64,000 nt of DNA, taken from assembly GCF_006345805.1 (NCBI RefSeq), contig NC_043014.1, forward strand, positions 36,704,001-36,768,000. The letters are read 5' to 3'. Source of the stretch: Octopus sinensis. Lineage: Eukaryota. Shown here piece by piece: positions 28,171 to 40,876 of this stretch (the first letter of the stretch is position 1; every line of letters begins with the position of its first letter). Below the pieces are notes generated by a model. The model had not been told where the DNA came from and did not search any database. It saw nothing but the letters and a program-made list of their open reading frames with translations. The translations under genes and the position numbers were made by a program.

Positions 28171-28689
28171 AATCCCTAAAACTTGTTATAAATAAATATT
28201 ACATAAAGAAAAAAATATTTCACTACACATTAAAAATTATTTATTTAACGATACTAAAACTATTACCAAAAAAGATATATATATTTAATACTATTAATTT
28301 TAGTAGACATATAATAATCATAATACTAACAGTAACAATAATAACAATATCAACCACAAAAAATTAAATAACTATCTTTTAATCTATATTATTTAAATAA
28401 ATTATATATTTAGTAATAAAATAAACATCTAAATATAATCTAACTATAAGTATTTAAAGAACCTTTACTAACTCTTATTTACTAATACTCAATCCACTTA
28501 CAGAAGTGCAAACACAACACTACTATCATAAATTAATTAATTTATTCAATTATTTATTAATTTATTTAATAATATTAAATTATATTTATTAAATTATGTA
28601 ATATACAATATAAATCATATACTAAATTTTAGAATTAATACTAGTACAAAATATAACTACAAATTAGAAACAAAATAGGGTTTAAATAT

Positions 28690-29100
28690 AGTCGCTATTT
28701 ATCTAGAAATGTATTATATAAATAAAGTAATTTGTGTCTACATTTAATTTTACGCTCGTCTAATGTATTCACTAATTTATTATGATTATTAAATAATATT
28801 TCATTAAATTCACTAGAACATAAATAACAGGACTTGCTACCTATAATATATGATTTCGCCTTACAAATTATCTCCCACTTTAAATTATACTTAATTTGTT
28901 GGGATTTTAGTCATCATATGTATTTGCTAAGCCTTGTAGAGTTCATAAGATTTCTAGTTTTAAAGGAATGCATATGCTGTGCTACTCTTAATTTAATTTT
29001 AGAGGACGTGGACCCGATATATATGGCGTTTAAGTTATTATTATTCCTATTATTCTCATTAATTAATGTAATTACACATTTATATACAACATCGTTTAAA
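28690..29100 (-). mobile_element. Penelope-like element GIY-YIG endonuclease remnant
   Basis: YIGSTSSKIKLRVAQHMHSFKTRN...LKWEIICKAKSY...CYLCSSE...LVNTLDERKIKCRHK, the typical PLE endonuclease C-terminus. Confidence 0.75.
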
Positions 29101-29369
29101 TCACATTTATTATTAAATTAAACTTAGTTTTATCTCTACATGTACAATCTATGAATGCTTTATCTTTATTATTATTGATATTTTTGATAAGTTACGTTAT
29201 TGTTGTTGTTGTTGTTGCTGTTGATGTTGTTGTTTGGCTGTTGTAGGAAATAATCCTAATGTTTTAAGTTTCTAATTTAGTTAGTGGATTTTTTTCTATA
29301 GGAAAATTATTATCTTATTTATTTATTAAATAAATATTATTTGCTTATTTATTTAACTATTATCCTCAA

Positions 29370-29620
29370 ATAATATGGTTACGTTGGAGTCAAATGTTTA
29401 TTAAAATAAAATAACTTTTAGACACATTCAATATTAACTCAGTAGTAATAATAATAACATAAATGCCATTTATATAGGATCCACTTCCTCTAAAATTAAA
29501 TTAAGAGTAGCACAGCATATGCATTCCTTTAGAAATAGAAATCTTATGAAATCTACAGGGCTTCGCAAATACATATGGGGACTAAAATCCCAACAAATTA
29601 AGTATAAGATTGACTATAAT
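29370..29620 (+). mobile_element. Second, inverted Penelope-like GIY-YIG remnant
   Basis: IYIGSTSSKIKLRVAQHMHSFRNRNLMKSTGLRKYIWGLKSQQIKY. Reverse complement of about 28885-29045. Confidence 0.75.
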
Positions 29621-30046
29621 TTTAAATCAAATTAATTTCAATTGAATTTAAACTTAATTGTAATTCGAATTTAATTGCAGCCATGAAACGTACGTGGTGT
29701 TTTTACTTATAATATTATATATTTATCATTCATTTTATACTTTTTGAGATCTAGTTATAAGTTATATCTTTTATAAAAATATTTATTATTTGTTATTTAT
29801 GTATTGGTTTTTGTCTATCACTGTTTGAGTTGCATAATAGTGGTTATATTTCTAATTTATATTCTATATATATATATATATATTTACAAAAAGTCTAGGT
29901 GGCATACGAGTGGGAGTATATTTATAAAACAGAAGATTGAAAACGCCACTATATAATAAATTTTAATTATCTGAGAGATTTTGCATGTTTCGGTTCCACT
30001 TGAAAAATCGAACCTTCTCAAAAATATATATATTTAAAACCTAAGT

Positions 30047-30190
30047 GTAATTAAAGAAACGTTCATAATTATTTCTTAGTAGTCTCAACAAAGTCCACGT
30101 GGAAGCGTTTTATGTTCCTACACATAAAACACTTCCACGTGGACATTGTTGAGACTAGTAAGAAATAATTATGAACTTTTCTTTAATTAC
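30047..30190. repeat. 144-bp near-perfect palindrome (69-bp arms, 6-nt loop)
   Basis: GTAATTAAAGAAACGTTCATAATT...TTTTATGT tcctac ACATAAAA...AATTATGAACTTTTCTTTAATTAC. Confidence 0.9.
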
Positions 30191-30611
30191 TGTTAGCTTT
30201 TAAATATATATATTTTTGATAAGTTACGTTATTGTTGTTGTTGTTGTTGCTGTTGATGTTGTTGTTTCGCTGATATTGTTGTTTCGCTGATATTGTTGTA
30301 GTTGTGTTGCTGTTATCATTACCATCATTTTTATCCTTATCATGCACGGGTAATTGCAGAAGGTTTCGTAATATCGCCATATACAACCGTTTTAACGTCG
30401 TTTCTATGAAAATAACTATTTTAGTTAACGTTAGCTGATTCCTGTAGGAATTTAAAGTACTGCTTGCGATAAAATATTTTGATGGTCCAGGATACTATAA
30501 AACATTTCTTCTTGGAGAATGAGTACAGAATGAATAAACTGATTGTGCTCCATGGCTTTCTTCAACGGAGTAAGTATTCGATAAGAGAATTGCGATTGAG
30601 GATGCCGAAAT

Positions 30612-31000
30612 GGATGGAAGCACTCCGTCGGTTACAACGATGAGGGTTCCGGTCGATCCGAATCAACGGAACAGCCTGCTCGTGAAATTAACGTGTAAGT
30701 GGCTGAGCACTCCACAGACACGTGCACCCTTAACGTAGTTCTCGGGGATATTCAGCGTGACACAGAGAGTGACAAGGCCGGCCCCTTGAAATACAGGTAC
30801 AACAGAAACAGGAAGCAAGAGTGAGAGAAAGTTGTGGTGAAAGAGTACAGCAGGGATCACCACCATCCCCTGCCGGAGCCTCGTGGTGCTTTTAGGTGTT
30901 TTCGCTCAATGAACACTCACAACGCCCGGTCTTGGAATCGAAACCGCGATCCTATGACCGCGAGTCCGCTGCCCTAACCACTGGGCCATTGCGCCTCCAC
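30612..31000 (-). mobile_element. SINE (family of 14093-14478)
   Basis: Reverse complement of 14093-14478. TSD GGATGCCGAAAT at 30600-30611 and 31001-31012. Confidence 0.88.
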
Positions 31001-31306
31001 GGATGCCGAAATATATGAAAGATAAAGGAGATCCCAAACAGTTTTAATTATTTTCATTCCCCGTTTGTTATCCAATATCTTAACAGACTAAATATAATTC
31101 TCAAACCATAGCAGTTTGTTCGCTTTCTATACTTTTTCTTTTGATGTGATACTTTATATTAAATGTTACGATCGTTAATAATTGCTACTGCGTGTGGATA
31201 TATTGCGGCCTTGAGAATATTATTCAATTACTGCAGTAGTTGAATGATATATATATATATATACATGTATATTGATATACATTTATAATGATATATATTC
31301 ATACAT

Positions 31307-31613
31307 GTGGGGGCACAATGGCCTAGTGGTTAGGGCAGCGAAATCGCGGTCGCAGGATCGCGGTTTCGATTCCTAGACCTGGCGTTGTGTGTGTTTATTG
31401 AGCGAAAACACCTAAAAGCTCCACGAGGCTCCGGCAGGGGGTGCTGATCCCTGCTGTACTCCTACACCACTCTTTCTCCCACTCTTTCTTCTGTTGGCCT
31501 GCTCGCTTAGCCAGCGGGGTGACGTCATTCGAAGGCTAAAACAATGCAAACGCATTGTGACCAGCGATGTGAAGCAACATCTGATGGTCTGGTCGGTCAC
31601 GGTGATCACGGTG
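31307..31613 (+). mobile_element. SINE with the same tRNA head but a different 3' half
   Basis: Shares ~190 nt of head with 14093, ends in (CACGGTGAT)n. TSD ATATTCATACAT at 31295-31306 and 31614-31625. Confidence 0.85.
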
Positions 31614-32099
31614 ATATTCATACATACTTAATACTGAAAAGCAACAAGTAGTAACTACTGAACAAAGAACTCAGTACACTATTTAGAGGAAATATATATA
31701 TATTTATTACCAATAAAGTTGAGGTCGAAATTTTCGAAAAGATGTTAAGCAAACAGCAGTCTGAAAAAGGGAAGAATTGACATCATATAGAGAAAATATA
31801 CTTAAGTTATGAAGAAGGTAACAAGTATACATATTTACACGCGCGCGCGTTTATGTGTGTTTATGAATATAAAAGGATAAATACATACACAGGTAGAAAG
31901 ATATATATACATACGTAAATACATACATACATACATACTTTTCGGGCATGTTCGTTTGTTGGCTGCACCATATTACTCGTAACTATAAAATTCATACCAA
32001 ACATTCAACTTCATTTCATCTCAAGTGTACCTTCCGAAAAGATTTCTTTATCATTCTGAAGTATGTACTATTTAGAATCTTATTGTAGATGATGACAAT

Positions 32100-33622
32100 T
32101 TTTCCTCTTCCATTTACAGCCATGATATCCAATAACCCTGTAAATGTGAAATTCGACGTTTCACACAGCTCCTTGTCCTGTTAATACAATGTGGTAGGTG
32201 CTTGGAAACATTCAAGATACAAAACCCCGAAATTTCTATGAACCTTTCTGACAAGAGTAAAGAACGGGGAAGGAAAGCAAGTGTACGAAAATGAGCTTCA
32301 GAACTGACATCCATGTCTGCCTGACTTGTTTATTTGGAAGTTTTGCACAGTATTTTCATGTCTTCACATCATCAGTTTACACCATCACACGTCTTCAATT
32401 GAAATGGATGCATCTCTTGAACACTGAACCCTGTTCCTTCGACAAGAAACAAAGTGAATTGTTGTCACTCTGCTCAGAAGGTTCTTATGACGAGATCAGC
32501 CGTCATTCAGCTACACCAATACCAAACAGTTATCACCAGTACTTAATCCTTTCTGAGTGGGAAGGGTAACGATGCTTGAAAATTATTCTCAATTTTAATT
32601 AACATGGACATATGGACTGAACCAGAATACCTAAAATTATAAACGATATCCATTCATCTTGTCATCTATAACAGACATTCATGCAACCATCTCGATCGCT
32701 TTTGGTAATGCACCGTTTATCATGAGTTCCAGTGGTCGGAACGATGAGAGTGAAATCGCCAGTATTTATGCAGACACGATTCTTCCTTCTCTGTCATAGT
32801 TAGGGCGTTATACTTTTCAATATCTATAACAGCTTGTTACGATCCTCAAGATAGAGAACATGTAAAAAAAAACAAAGAGGCAAATTTAATGCAGCAAACT
32901 CTAGAGTCAACGCACGACCAATAGATTATTGCTTATTTTGATAACCAACAGAAGTCACTGTGCATTATAGCAACGATCCACGTTCAAAATCCGACATCTC
33001 CAGTCTGTTGTTTTTGGAAACATTTAGGCTAAGTTCCACTTATAAACCGCTACCATTGTCTGGAACCATTTGACTTACTCGTTGCAGTCCGTCACAGACA
33101 TAAATGGGGCCTATATACGCACTGAGTCTCTGTAAATCCCTGTCCATGAATTTCAGGGATCGAGCCCTAAGTACAAGCACGGCATACTTCGTGATTCGTG
33201 TCGAGAAAATGATGAATGATTATTCTCACAAAGAACACGTCGTAAGCGATGTCTTTTCTCTTCACTTCTAATTTTCTGTTAATATTTCTTTTTGATGAAA
33301 CCCAACATCTGTTATTAAATTTACCCATCAATTCCTGCGTAACTGGTTGGCTAATTCGATCTGCACAACTTCTCCATTTTGTGTGAGATATGTTCCGTTT
33401 TCAGTATCCTGAAGCTGTTTATTAATCTCGTCTATGTTGATTGTATGGATAACCAATTTGACTTCACTGTAACCAGCTGCCAAAAACTGTGGACAACATA
33501 CACAATGCCTATCGGTTATTTTGTAAACAATGTATCTACAACCCAAATATCCTACGGTTATTTCTTCGACGTTGGTGATGCCGGTTTGACAATTGTGAGT
33601 CGGAGCGCACTAAGTATCATTC
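32100..33622 (-). pseudogene. Gene B terminal exon (now 3' UTR), decayed TNFR-like cysteine-rich repeats plus TM remnant
   Basis: About 95 codons nearly open after the acceptor (NDT*CAPTHNCQ...CVCCPQFLAAGY...ENGTY). Later segments FLDTNHEVCRACT*G...TETQC and NRVC...PTTGTHDKRC...WISFIILGILVQSI. Many stops and frameshifts. Distal boundary uncertain. Confidence 0.5.
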
Positions 33623-34305
33623 CTAATAATATTATTAATATTACATAAGGGTATAAGTATATTTTGATGAAAAAATTATATACATACATGGTAATACGCA
33701 TGCATACATATATTCATAATCACGCGTGTGTGTAAACGTACACAAAATATGCATGCCCCCATACATATACAAATATGAATGCAAGCCAATTTCTAAAAGA
33801 ATATTTGCCCAGATATTTGCACCATCCCCCATCAAGGAAACGTATCCATTTCACGTATGCAAATGCACAGAAGCCACATACATATAACCACATAAATATA
33901 GCGTATTTGCAAAGACCCACACGTATAAAAACATGAAAACATCTTCGTACGTAAGAAGGCACAGACACACACAAAGACATACACACACACACATGTATGA
34001 AAGGTTTGAATACATACAATAGCATAGAGACACCGTAAGCATATTTAAACGAGAATACCTCTATGTGGCATTTTAACTAACAAGATTAGTAGCCACGTCA
34101 CATACATTTTACAAGAACTATTTTGAAAGAAATTTGGATACATTGGATATTATAGTTCCTGAAAAGAACGGATGTGAGATCACACCCGGAATACAGTCGA
34201 CTCTTAGATAGCGGTTGAGCTGAGTTAAATAACCGTTGTTACAAGAAAAGGGTAAACACTAATCAGGGTAAGAAATAGAAAATAGATTTACCTTTTTTTA
34301 CAAAC

Positions 34306-34619
34306 TTATATCTCATCGGTAATATGTACCTCAAATGAACCAAACTTTGTTTGACATGTTATATTTGTGACAGAATCGTCTTGGATTGGTGTAGTGATAT
34401 TATAATCAGATGATACCAGAGAATAACAGGTCGAAGTAACTGGTATGTTCTCTTTTTTGATGACATTATATGATTTACCGTGGTTTGTTACAATCCACAC
34501 AAATTCTACATGCGATTCAAATGGTGCGCCAACATTTGCTACACAACTAAAGGTTCTCACTTGTCTGCCTTTCTCCTTAAATTTCTTGACATATTGAAGA
34601 TGCTTTAAGCTAGATTTTG
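34306..34619 (-). CDS. Gene B exon 3: C2-type Ig domain with stop codon
   Basis: TTTTCAG acceptor, 314 nt open, (A)KSSLKHLQ...FSCVANVGAPFESHVEFVWIV...CYSLVSSDY...NITCQTKFGS...DEI*. Confidence 0.8.
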
Positions 34620-34782
34620 CTGAAAAGAAAACGATCTAATATAGCAAAATGTTAGAACAACATGCTTTGACTATTGGGTGGTTTCATTAATATAAACAAC
34701 AATCTTCATACTAAACTAAAATGGTTAACACCAGACGAATTGTTCTTGATGCTGGACCCTGTGAACTACTGTTTCTAATTTG

Positions 34783-34825
<43 letters not shown>

Positions 34826-35832
34826 CACACACGCGCACATACACACAAACAAACACTTCCAAAAGTTCTGTTTATTTCCTCTTCCTCGTGCTGCTCCTCT
34901 TAGGTTGGAATTATTGTGGGACATCAAGTTTGTCGTTGAGCACTTTCACGGACGTCTCTTTGTTTTTTCGTATATCTATCTGGTTTAAACGTCTGTTGTG
35001 TCCTCATTTTTCGCCTCTTGTCAAATATATCATTTTACCTACTCGTTTTGTTACTACTCCGTTTTCCACAATATCTCTGCATTTTTATGTATTTTGAAAA
35101 ATTTGGCACCGATATTTAAATACTTTCTCGTATTTTTAGTGTTTTCCCTATTTGTTTTTCTTACTGGTAACAGCTAGTAAAAAATTGGTTTTATTTTTCA
35201 AGCAAACATTAGTTCTGCAAGCGACTTGCCTGAACAAGTGTTTGGGTTTGGTGTTATCCTACAAACATTCAACAGTTCTGTCATTGCTGCGTTATCGATT
35301 AGCTCGTTTCTTGATTTCTTTAATGCTCTTTTAAAGGCATCCACGAACCGTTCCGCTTGCCCGTTTGATCTTGGGTGAATGAAAAGTAAAAGGAGAGAAT
35401 CTAATATTTAGCCGCTGTATGGTGACTATGAAGGACCTGCTTTAATCTTATTCCTAAATCTTATCCTTAAAACCTAATCTAACCGTGACTGGAAAATTAT
35501 AAATGTTTTAACCGAATTTAGTCATTTACATAATGAATTGTGTTTAACATACAGTGGATGATTGAAATTTTTTGTCCTTCTACATAATTAATACTAACTT
35601 CTACGTCATTCTACAGAGAATAGAAAAACTAGGTATAGCACATCATACACAGAGTATTTTCATTGCAATATAAAATACAAAAGCAACGGATTTTGGCAGG
35701 TGCAAAATATTGCATGTGTCAAAATCTGATGGTCTGCATTCCACAGTGCATTAGAAATACACAGAAGAAATAAATCTACTTAAAATGAATATTTCTGGGG
35801 CTGAATAAGTGCAAAAGCCGGGTAACACCAAC

Positions 35833-36153
35833 CTTTCATGATCTTCGGTTGTGAAGCTGTTGTCAATGTTTTACATGAGTAAGCTGCTACATCATTGCAA
35901 GTGGGTTTATATTTCCAACACGTAATATAACCTATATTATCAACAGGTAAATCACAGTCGAAACCTTTGATAGTATTTAATTTCAGGTATTTCTCCTTTT
36001 TCCTAGAATATTGTATATGTACGAGTGTAGTTCCGTTTCGTTGGAGTTTGAAGTCAAGAAAATTCTTTAACGCATGCAAGCATGTTATTGATATATTAAT
36101 TGTCTTTCCAACTTCAATACCTTCAGCTGGTGTTATTTCTACAACATATATAG
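35833..36153 (-). CDS. Gene B exon 2: V-type Ig domain
   Basis: CTTATAG acceptor, G|GTTGGT donor, 321 nt, phase 1-1. Reads ...SITC...PTCNDVAAYSCKT. Confidence 0.85.
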
Positions 36154-36984
36154 CTATAAGTAAAAACAAGTTAACAAGTAAATGAGAGAAATATACAATT
36201 GAAGTTATATAACAATGCTGCAGAAAGAGATAACAATATGGAGTCATGAAATTGAAAAAATGAATGAATTAATTAATTAATTATTTATTTAATTAATTAA
36301 TAATAGTAGGCTCTCGTAGGCCGAGAAAGAAGGTTTTGCAATTTCTTGCTGAACACCCTGCAAAATAATTTTTTTAAAAGTAATCAGAAGTATGTGTCGT
36401 ACATTAGCTAACTCCATTCATCAAATCGACGTGCTGTGAATAGGAGTTCGGTATATCACACGTTGGGTGTCGCAGTTATGGAAAAGTAATGTGAGTAGAT
36501 ATGATTTGCTCAAGAAAACAATGCACCACTCAATCCAGAAATGGATATCCTGATCTTGCGGTTATGACTACGATACCCTAAAAGCTAGGCCATGCAACCT
36601 TATGTTGAAGACGATAACCAAAGCATGAACGGCAGCCCAAGCCAAAGGATGTGATAGAAAACGGGAATGCAGAATAAAACGTTGCGTAGGCTTCCAACGA
36701 AATAGCAGAAGTCATATAAGTACAAGGTCTGAGGAAGATCAAATACAAGACAAATGAAATGAAGGAGTTGGCAGAAAGCGAAATGAAATTAAGTAAATCA
36801 GTAGAATACGAACAAGAAGAAAGCATACAGCAAATTATCAATGAAAAGAACAAATGAGAACAGAAATGAAATCAGCATATATATACAAGAAAATAAATCA
36901 AACGATAGCGATCCAGTATACCATCGAGAAAATAGTATGAAAGTGAAGCTGAATGAGGAAAATACAAGAATGCTAACAGATAAT

Positions 36985-37648
36985 CCATGAGAGGGTTCAG
37001 AATATTTTGCACAATAACGACCGTTTCTGCTCGATGGGTGCCACGTCTTCTAACACTTGATCAAAAGCGACCCAGGCCAATCATATGACGGGAAAATCTC
37101 TCATCGTTTCAAGACGACCGAGCTGATTTCCTTGAATGTTTACTTACCTAGGATGAGTGTTGACTTTATCACTTTGAGCCAGAGACTCTGAAGATGACAG
37201 CCTCAGATTTTTGAGATACAAATGACATAGTGTTTCTTGACCTATTTCCAAAATGGCCACATCAGAAACCTAAAGTTTATTTCAAAATGCTGAGATCAAA
37301 CACACATGAATGTTTCAAAAATCCTTGCTTTTAATGTCGATTTTGTGTGACTGTGGCTTTGAACTGGTTGATCCCTCCCACTCACAATTCTCCTGGTTTG
37401 ACCCCAGCAGACTATGCATTGCATCTCTGGCATGGAGAATGACTAGATTGGGTACTAGTATCGCAGTCTGAACGACCTCATATCTGCTGTTGGATGAAAG
37501 CTTCTTCACGAATGGAATCCAAGCACTGCAACACCGATGGAGAAGTGTATGGACTGCAAGAAGGAATACGTTGAGAAATAAACTTCATTTGGTTATTTTC
37601 AGTCAGGGTATCTTGATCAGCCTATAAATTTTCAGCCGACCATCTTAT
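36985..37648 (+). mobile_element. Internally deleted copy of the intron-1 mariner
   Basis: Homologous to 16185-16990 including the right TIR. Confidence 0.75.
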
Positions 37649-37890
37649 AGGTACCTCTAATTTATTGTAAATAAGTACGCGTTATGAGACATTTGCTGAC
37701 CATTAATGTCAGGAAAGTCAGTGTTCTACTTCTATATGCATGTATGTGTAGGTGCCTTTGTGTGTATTTGCGGGCGTATCTAAGCACTTGTCTGGGTGGC
37801 ACAGAAATACAGAAAGCATGGCAAATAACCAAGTGAGAAAGATTGTGTGTTGGAGCCAAAAAGAAAATATTTTCTTTAATCTTAACTTAC

Positions 37891-37984
37891 ACTCCCTTTT
37901 CTTCATTAACAGTGAAATCATAGCTGTCAACAGCGTTGAAATGAAAATGCGGCCTCCTGTAACAGAAATATGATCAAAACACAT
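37891..37984 (-). CDS. Gene B exon 1: hydrophobic leader
   Basis: MCFDHISVTGGRIFISTLLTAMISLLMKKRE, then T|GTAAGT phase-1 donor. Confidence 0.7.
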
Positions 37985-40876
37985 GTATGATTCAGGTAAA
38001 AATTATGGATAAACAGCAAAAGAGTAAGAAAACTTGATAGAAAGTTGGAAAATATCTAAGCGTGAATAATCGAGTAATGTTTCTTGGCTACTGATAGATA
38101 CACGCTATTGACGATCCATATTGATTTAGTCATTCGTTTTGGTATGCACCATACATAAAATGATGCAAGGAAGACTCTTCAATCACTCACACTTGTCAAA
38201 TTCATGACAGTCAAAACAAAGAGAGATCGCTACATAACGCTGAAAATGACAAAGTAATCAATAAGGAAATTTAATAATATTAACAACCGTTTCTTAATTG
38301 ACATTTATTAGTGATTCCTGTAGTGTTTTTATTAATGCTATCACACCGACACATCTTAATGTTAGCAACGTGGCAGCTGTTGCAGCAAGCAAAAAATATT
38401 CAATGAAAATGTCTCTGATGTTTTTTTTTCTTATTCATGATAATAATTTATTGATATTGCTGTGGTTTCACTAAGTTACTGAGAATTTTGGTGTCCTTCT
38501 GACATTTCTTTTTCTCTTTTTTCTTTTTCTTTTTTCTATTTATTTTTCGCTTACTGATACTAATGTAATTTTATTTTGGTTTTCTTCCACATCTTGATCG
38601 CAATTTGCCGCACTCTCATGTATCTATCGACGTTTGATGAGACACAAGAAGAAAAGACGGAATTTGTCTGATGCCTATAAGTGTACATCTGCCATTTGTG
38701 CTCATGTTACGATGTCGTTAGTTTTGGTAGGTTGGCACCCCTGTGGGACTTCAAAGTTTCGATAACAGGAGTGGCCAACCCCTTCTCTGCCTTTGTTGTG
38801 AATATGAAGCGAGTAATGTTCTTCATGCTGCTGTTGTGGCTACCTTTCTCCCTATAGTACCCGTGCGTGACTATCATTTTTGCTTTCACCTCATTGGAGC
38901 ATAAACACTAAATCTATGCTGTCCTGAAATAGAATTTCAACCCAGTCTCGTGTTGCTTTCTCAAATGATGGTGCTAACTGATGTGGTGGTCTTGTTGTTG
39001 CCTATTAAGTTTATATGGAAGTCATTGTTAATGTTTCCGGTTACACAACAGGAGCGACCGCAGACGTGGTGCTTCACCAATTTCTGTTGCAAGCGGAAGA
39101 GTATTTCTGGGTTTAATAAGTTCAGAAATATTTCATTGTATTTTGTTGATGTAATGCTTGCGTTGTTGCTGTTATTGTTCTTGATGATGTTATTGTTATA
39201 GAAACCATCAGGTTCCTCTAAGTCAGACTCAAATGCAAACGTAATGGATGATCACGTAAACATCTTTTCGTATACAAACATGCTCTTGTTGTGAGATCAT
39301 GCACAAATAGAGCATCTGCTACACACAGTACAGACATTCATTTAGGCACTGCATATGAGATTTGGATTAGAAAACTGCACCGAAATAACAATCAATGGCA
39401 GGAAATAGTTAAGAACACTAATGTTAAGAATTTTAATGTCATTTGATAAAGGAACGAGGGACATAGAATGACACCAACTAGATTATATTTACTATTAACA
39501 CAGATATATGGAAATTATGCAACTATAACACTGTGGAATTATAAATATAAGTTGTAAAGAACAGAAGAAGGCTAAAATAAATTGCCGAAAGATATGAATA
39601 CAAAGAAAATATTGTTTCGTATCTTCAATATAAGCAACAATAAGAAAATGCATAACAATCATGCAATAGAAAAATGTTAAAATGATGTTCAATACCTGAC
39701 ATTTCTACAGAAAGTGGGAATAGATAGAAGAATGCGAGGACTGTCGAAGTTTTGAGTGAGGCACAGAATAAAAGCTTTCTTAAATCGAAAATACTAAAAT
39801 CATGTAATGAAACAGAATGAATTAAATACCTGTGGAATATTTGGATATTGGTGAGAGAAAAATTAAATATAGTCGCTAGTAAACACAGATTTAACAAAGA
39901 CTGAATACAAGAGACGCGACAAACTTGGAAATTACGCTTACTGGAAATTATATTAACTTCATATAATCCTTTCTATATTGGGCACAAGGCCTGAACTTTT
40001 GGTGTGGGAGGGGCTAGACGATTACATCTTAAATGGTACTTATTTCATCGACCTCGAAAGGATAATAGGTAAAGTCAACCAAGGTGGAATTTAAACTCAG
40101 AACGTAGAAGGACAAAACACTGTAAAGAGTCTTTTGACCAGCGTGCTAACGATTTTGCCAGCTCGGTGTCTTATTGATTTTATATGATCCTTACTACTAA
40201 AGGTGGAAAATTTGGTGGGAGGGGACAAGTCGATTACATAAACTGCAGTATTTCATTGGTACTTGATGTATTAACACCAAAATGATAAATGACAAATTGA
40301 CCTCGAGGGAATTTGAACTTTGAATGTAGTGACGTGCCAAATACCCCAAAGCAATTTCGTCCTGCGTGCTAACAATTTTATTAGCTCACCGCATTAATGC
40401 CTTTATATAATACAAAAATGAGGTGGTGTAAACTTACACCAGAAGAGCCTCTGCAAAAGAAAAAATCAACAGTCTGGGATGTGTCAGTTCACATAGCCCT
40501 GGAGATCAACTTTAATCGACACTGATACATTCAAAAGCTACCAGGAAAGAAATTGTTTTTTTTACAAAAGATACCAGCCTCAACAATAGATAATTCATTT
40601 CTAAACGAAATGGAAAAGTGTCCTAAATATACAGATAGGAAATAAGGGACAACTAGAATGTAAGAGATGAAAATAGAAATAATCGCTACAATAAGATGTC
40701 TTAGGAGTGATTTAAAAAGAAATATCAAAAACCTAAGCCAAACTCCAAATTTATCAACATACAGAAAATACTCAGGGACGCTTACTCGACAGTGCTGTAG
40801 AAATACACAATAAGAATAAATCTGCCGAAAATTAATAGTAATGTAGCTGAATAACTGTAAGCCAGATAACACTAAC

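Noticed and set aside
27480-29900. Mitochondrial control-region NUMT
   Set aside because: Very AT-rich, but no mitochondrial gene or tRNA is recognisable and the readable parts are Penelope-like.
34290-34310. A-to-I editing of stop codons to Trp restoring the full receptor
   Set aside because: The downstream exon has several frameshifts as well as stops, and gene A's donor is out of phase.
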